Positions 62,207 to 64,000 of a stretch of 64,000 bases of DNA are shown piece after piece. The notes under the pieces were generated by a model that was not told the origin of the DNA, did no database searches, and saw nothing but the letters and a program-made list of their open reading frames with translations. This DNA is from Minisyncoccota bacterium (GTDB lineage: Bacteria; Patescibacteriota; Minisyncoccia; Phycocordibacterales; UBA9973): the NCBI GenBank assembly GCA_041675045.1, contig JBAYUP010000001.1, forward strand, positions 24,094 through 88,093. The letters are read 5' to 3'. The stretch's first letter is position 1. Each line of letters opens with the position of its first letter. The translations under genes and the position numbers were made by a program.

Positions 62207-63079
62207 ATGAAAAAAATAGTTTTAATGATGCTTGTGATCCTAGGTTGGTCACATGCACAGGCGCAAAGGTTACCTGTTTTGAATTACGGACTCTATTCTT
62301 TCGAGGATGTGCGCGACAGTCTTGTTTTTCCAAATACTCCTAAGGCAAAATCATGGAGAAAAGTGGTGATAGCAAACATTAATTCTCAATTAAGGTTAGC
62401 GGGAAGTACTCCTGTTTTAACTGAGAGTAACTTTGCTTCATACATGACACCTACGTATGTATGGGAAGAAGAAAGAACGTGGGATCCAGGAGAGTATGAG
62501 AATTCTGGGTGGAATCCAAGGACTCAAAAAGTAGAAATGTTTTTAAGCACATCTGGTTTTAAGGGGTTTGTTGGGGTTTTCCATTACGATAATATCGCAA
62601 TGGCATTCTACCGAAACACTTGTGTAAATGTACTTAAGGGTCCGTTTTGGCTTGTGCCAAGTATCCCTAAAGCTCCAACTTCTAATCCAATGGCAAAAGC
62701 CGCGGAGAAGGAAAAAGAGGAGAAGGTTACATTTGTAATATTGTCTCAAACTCCATCATGTAATCATGGTGGAATGATGGTGCAAAGAGTTACGGGTGGA
62801 AACTACTTTAGTCTTAATTTGGGGATTAGTGTGGTTAATACACCAAACACAAATTTCAGTGGTCAAAGTGCTCCATTTGTTATTTATCCAACCAGGAAAT
62901 TGCGTCAAGGTGGTCCAGTATGGGCTCCTGGGCACGCAGCAAATTCTGGCAACCCCCAAAACGTACAAGGCTTCAGTGCTTTATTAAATCCCGGCAATCC
63001 AGCAGGAGTTAATGGGGTCCTAAGCCCAAACCCAGTTAATGCTCTTGGTTTTGCTGCAGACCCAAGCAATTATGAGTAG
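62207..63079 (+). CDS. Secreted hypothetical protein (290 aa)
   Basis: Signal peptide MKKIVLMMLVILGWSHAQA. Confidence 0.55.
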   Translation: MKKIVLMMLVILGWSHAQAQRLPVLNYGLYSFEDVRDSLVFPNTPKAKSWRKVVIANINSQLRLAGSTPVLTESNFASYMTPTYVWEEERTWDPGEYENSGWNPRTQKVEMFLSTSGFKGFVGVFHYDNIAMAFYRNTCVNVLKGPFWLVPSIPKAPTSNPMAKAAEKEKEEKVTFVILSQTPSCNHGGMMVQRVTGGNYFSLNLGISVVNTPNTNFSGQSAPFVIYPTRKLRQGGPVWAPGHAANSGNPQNVQGFSALLNPGNPAGVNGVLSPNPVNALGFAADPSNYE

Positions 63080-63209
63080 CTCTTTTTGGTTTTAGTAAAG
63101 AAAGTTTTGGGACGGATTCGTTCGTCCCTTACTTTTTTAAGCTTTTAACGCTTGTCCGTTGAAGGTTTAAAATTGTAAGTTAATAATTTATTAGAATATG
63201 AAAAATTAT

Positions 63210-64000
63210 ATGAAAAAAATAATCAGTGCAGTATTTGGTTTTGCGATTATGTTCGCAGGACAGAGTGTTTTTGCTGCGTCTCCTCTTTGGAACAGTGCTT
63301 CAAATGACTGTCCAACGGTGAACATCGCAAACTACTCAACACAGGTTGGCTATGGCAATCCATGTTGGAATAGTACTTCTGTAAGCGCAAGCGCAGGAGA
63401 CAGTATCAACGTTCGTGTGTATTATCATAATGCAAGTGACTTGCTTGGGTACCCAATCAATGCGACAAATGTTCGTGTTGTGTTGAATGCTTCATCAGGG
63501 TCATCAACGAATCATTCTATCTCAGGTCAGATTGTTTCTGATCAGGGATCAATCCCATTTGGTCCAGTGAATGTGACACTTTCAAGTGCACAGACACTTT
63601 CATTTGGTGGTACTCGTTGGTATCCAAATCAGGGTAGCCAAGCTTCTCTTCCTTTTGGGCAGAGTGGTTCTGAAATTATAAACGGTAACGGTCTTCGTCT
63701 TGGTACTGTTGCTCCTGGATGGTCAACTCAAGGTTCAGTGGTGGTCGCTTTTGCAGTTGGTAACACACAAACTGCAAGTTGTTCAGTATCTATTAATGCA
63801 AATCAGACATCTGTTACATCTGGTAATCCAGCAACACTTTCATGGACTTCAAATAACTGTACTTCTGCGACCATTTCTGGCCCGACAGGAACAATCAGTA
63901 ATTCATTGAATGGTTCACAAGTTGTATATCCTACATCTACATCGACATATACAATTACTGGAAACAATTCAAATGGTGTCTCACAGACACAAAGTGTCAC
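63210..64000 (+). CDS. Secreted hypothetical protein, 5' portion only (continues past the window end)
   Basis: ATG at 63210 (alternative 63198), signal peptide MKKIISAVFGFAIMFAGQSVFA. The frame stays open to position 64000, Ser/Thr/Asn-rich. Confidence 0.5.
   Translation, partial: MKKIISAVFGFAIMFAGQSVFAASPLWNSASNDCPTVNIANYSTQVGYGNPCWNSTSVSASAGDSINVRVYYHNASDLLGYPINATNVRVVLNASSGSSTNHSISGQIVSDQGSIPFGPVNVTLSSAQTLSFGGTRWYPNQGSQASLPFGQSGSEIINGNGLRLGTVAPGWSTQGSVVVAFAVGNTQTASCSVSINANQTSVTSGNPATLSWTSNNCTSATISGPTGTISNSLNGSQVVYPTSTSTYTITGNNSNGVSQTQSV

Noticed and set aside
1-64000. rRNA genes, transposases, integrases other than Xer, restriction-modification or toxin-antitoxin modules
   Set aside because: Looked for characteristic motifs (DDE transposase, methyltransferase motifs, 16S/23S conserved stretches) and found none in this window.

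Overview
Low-GC bacterial chromosomal window that spans the replication origin: rpmH-rnpA-yidD-yidC-jag on the minus strand, a DnaA-box region, then dnaA and dnaN on the plus strand. Housekeeping content: four tRNAs (Pro-TGG, Gly-TCC, Gly-GCC, Arg-TCG; none encodes CCA), a CCA-adding enzyme, xth, a XerC/D-type recombinase, rpsO-pnp, a NYN protein, DksA/TraR, comM, a TrmB regulator, LysM/M23 and PG-binding proteins, pcrA/uvrD, rsmA, PBP1A, tyrS, ruvC, ruvB and a PilB/GspE ATPase. The gene content (very large low-complexity secreted or membrane proteins, short YidC, PilB plus ComM, leaderless-type promoters) suggests a small-genome Patescibacteria/CPR-like organism; this is inference only. Accessory content: a ~16 kb type-IV-secretion-like cluster (32.4-48.6 kb) with a VirB6-like polytopic protein, a VirB3-like protein and a VirB4 ATPase encoded as two ORFs. 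Most notable is a four-member family of ~120-145 bp leader elements bounded by a perfect 12-14 bp inverted repeat (ATCCCGTTAGAG...CTCTAACGGGAT). In every copy the downstream arm runs into the ATG of the gene that follows: a membrane protein after pnp, the VirB6-like gene, the VirB4 ATPase half, and pilB. Other signals: an orphan consensus promoter plus UUCG terminator with no ORF (candidate ncRNA), tRNA-Gly 3'-end and T-arm fragment repeats between two inward-facing tRNA-Gly genes, hairpin repeats associated with a duplicated xer 3' end, and several extended -10 promoters placed 8-10 nt before start codons (leaderless mRNAs). No CRISPR array, rRNA or transposase was seen.
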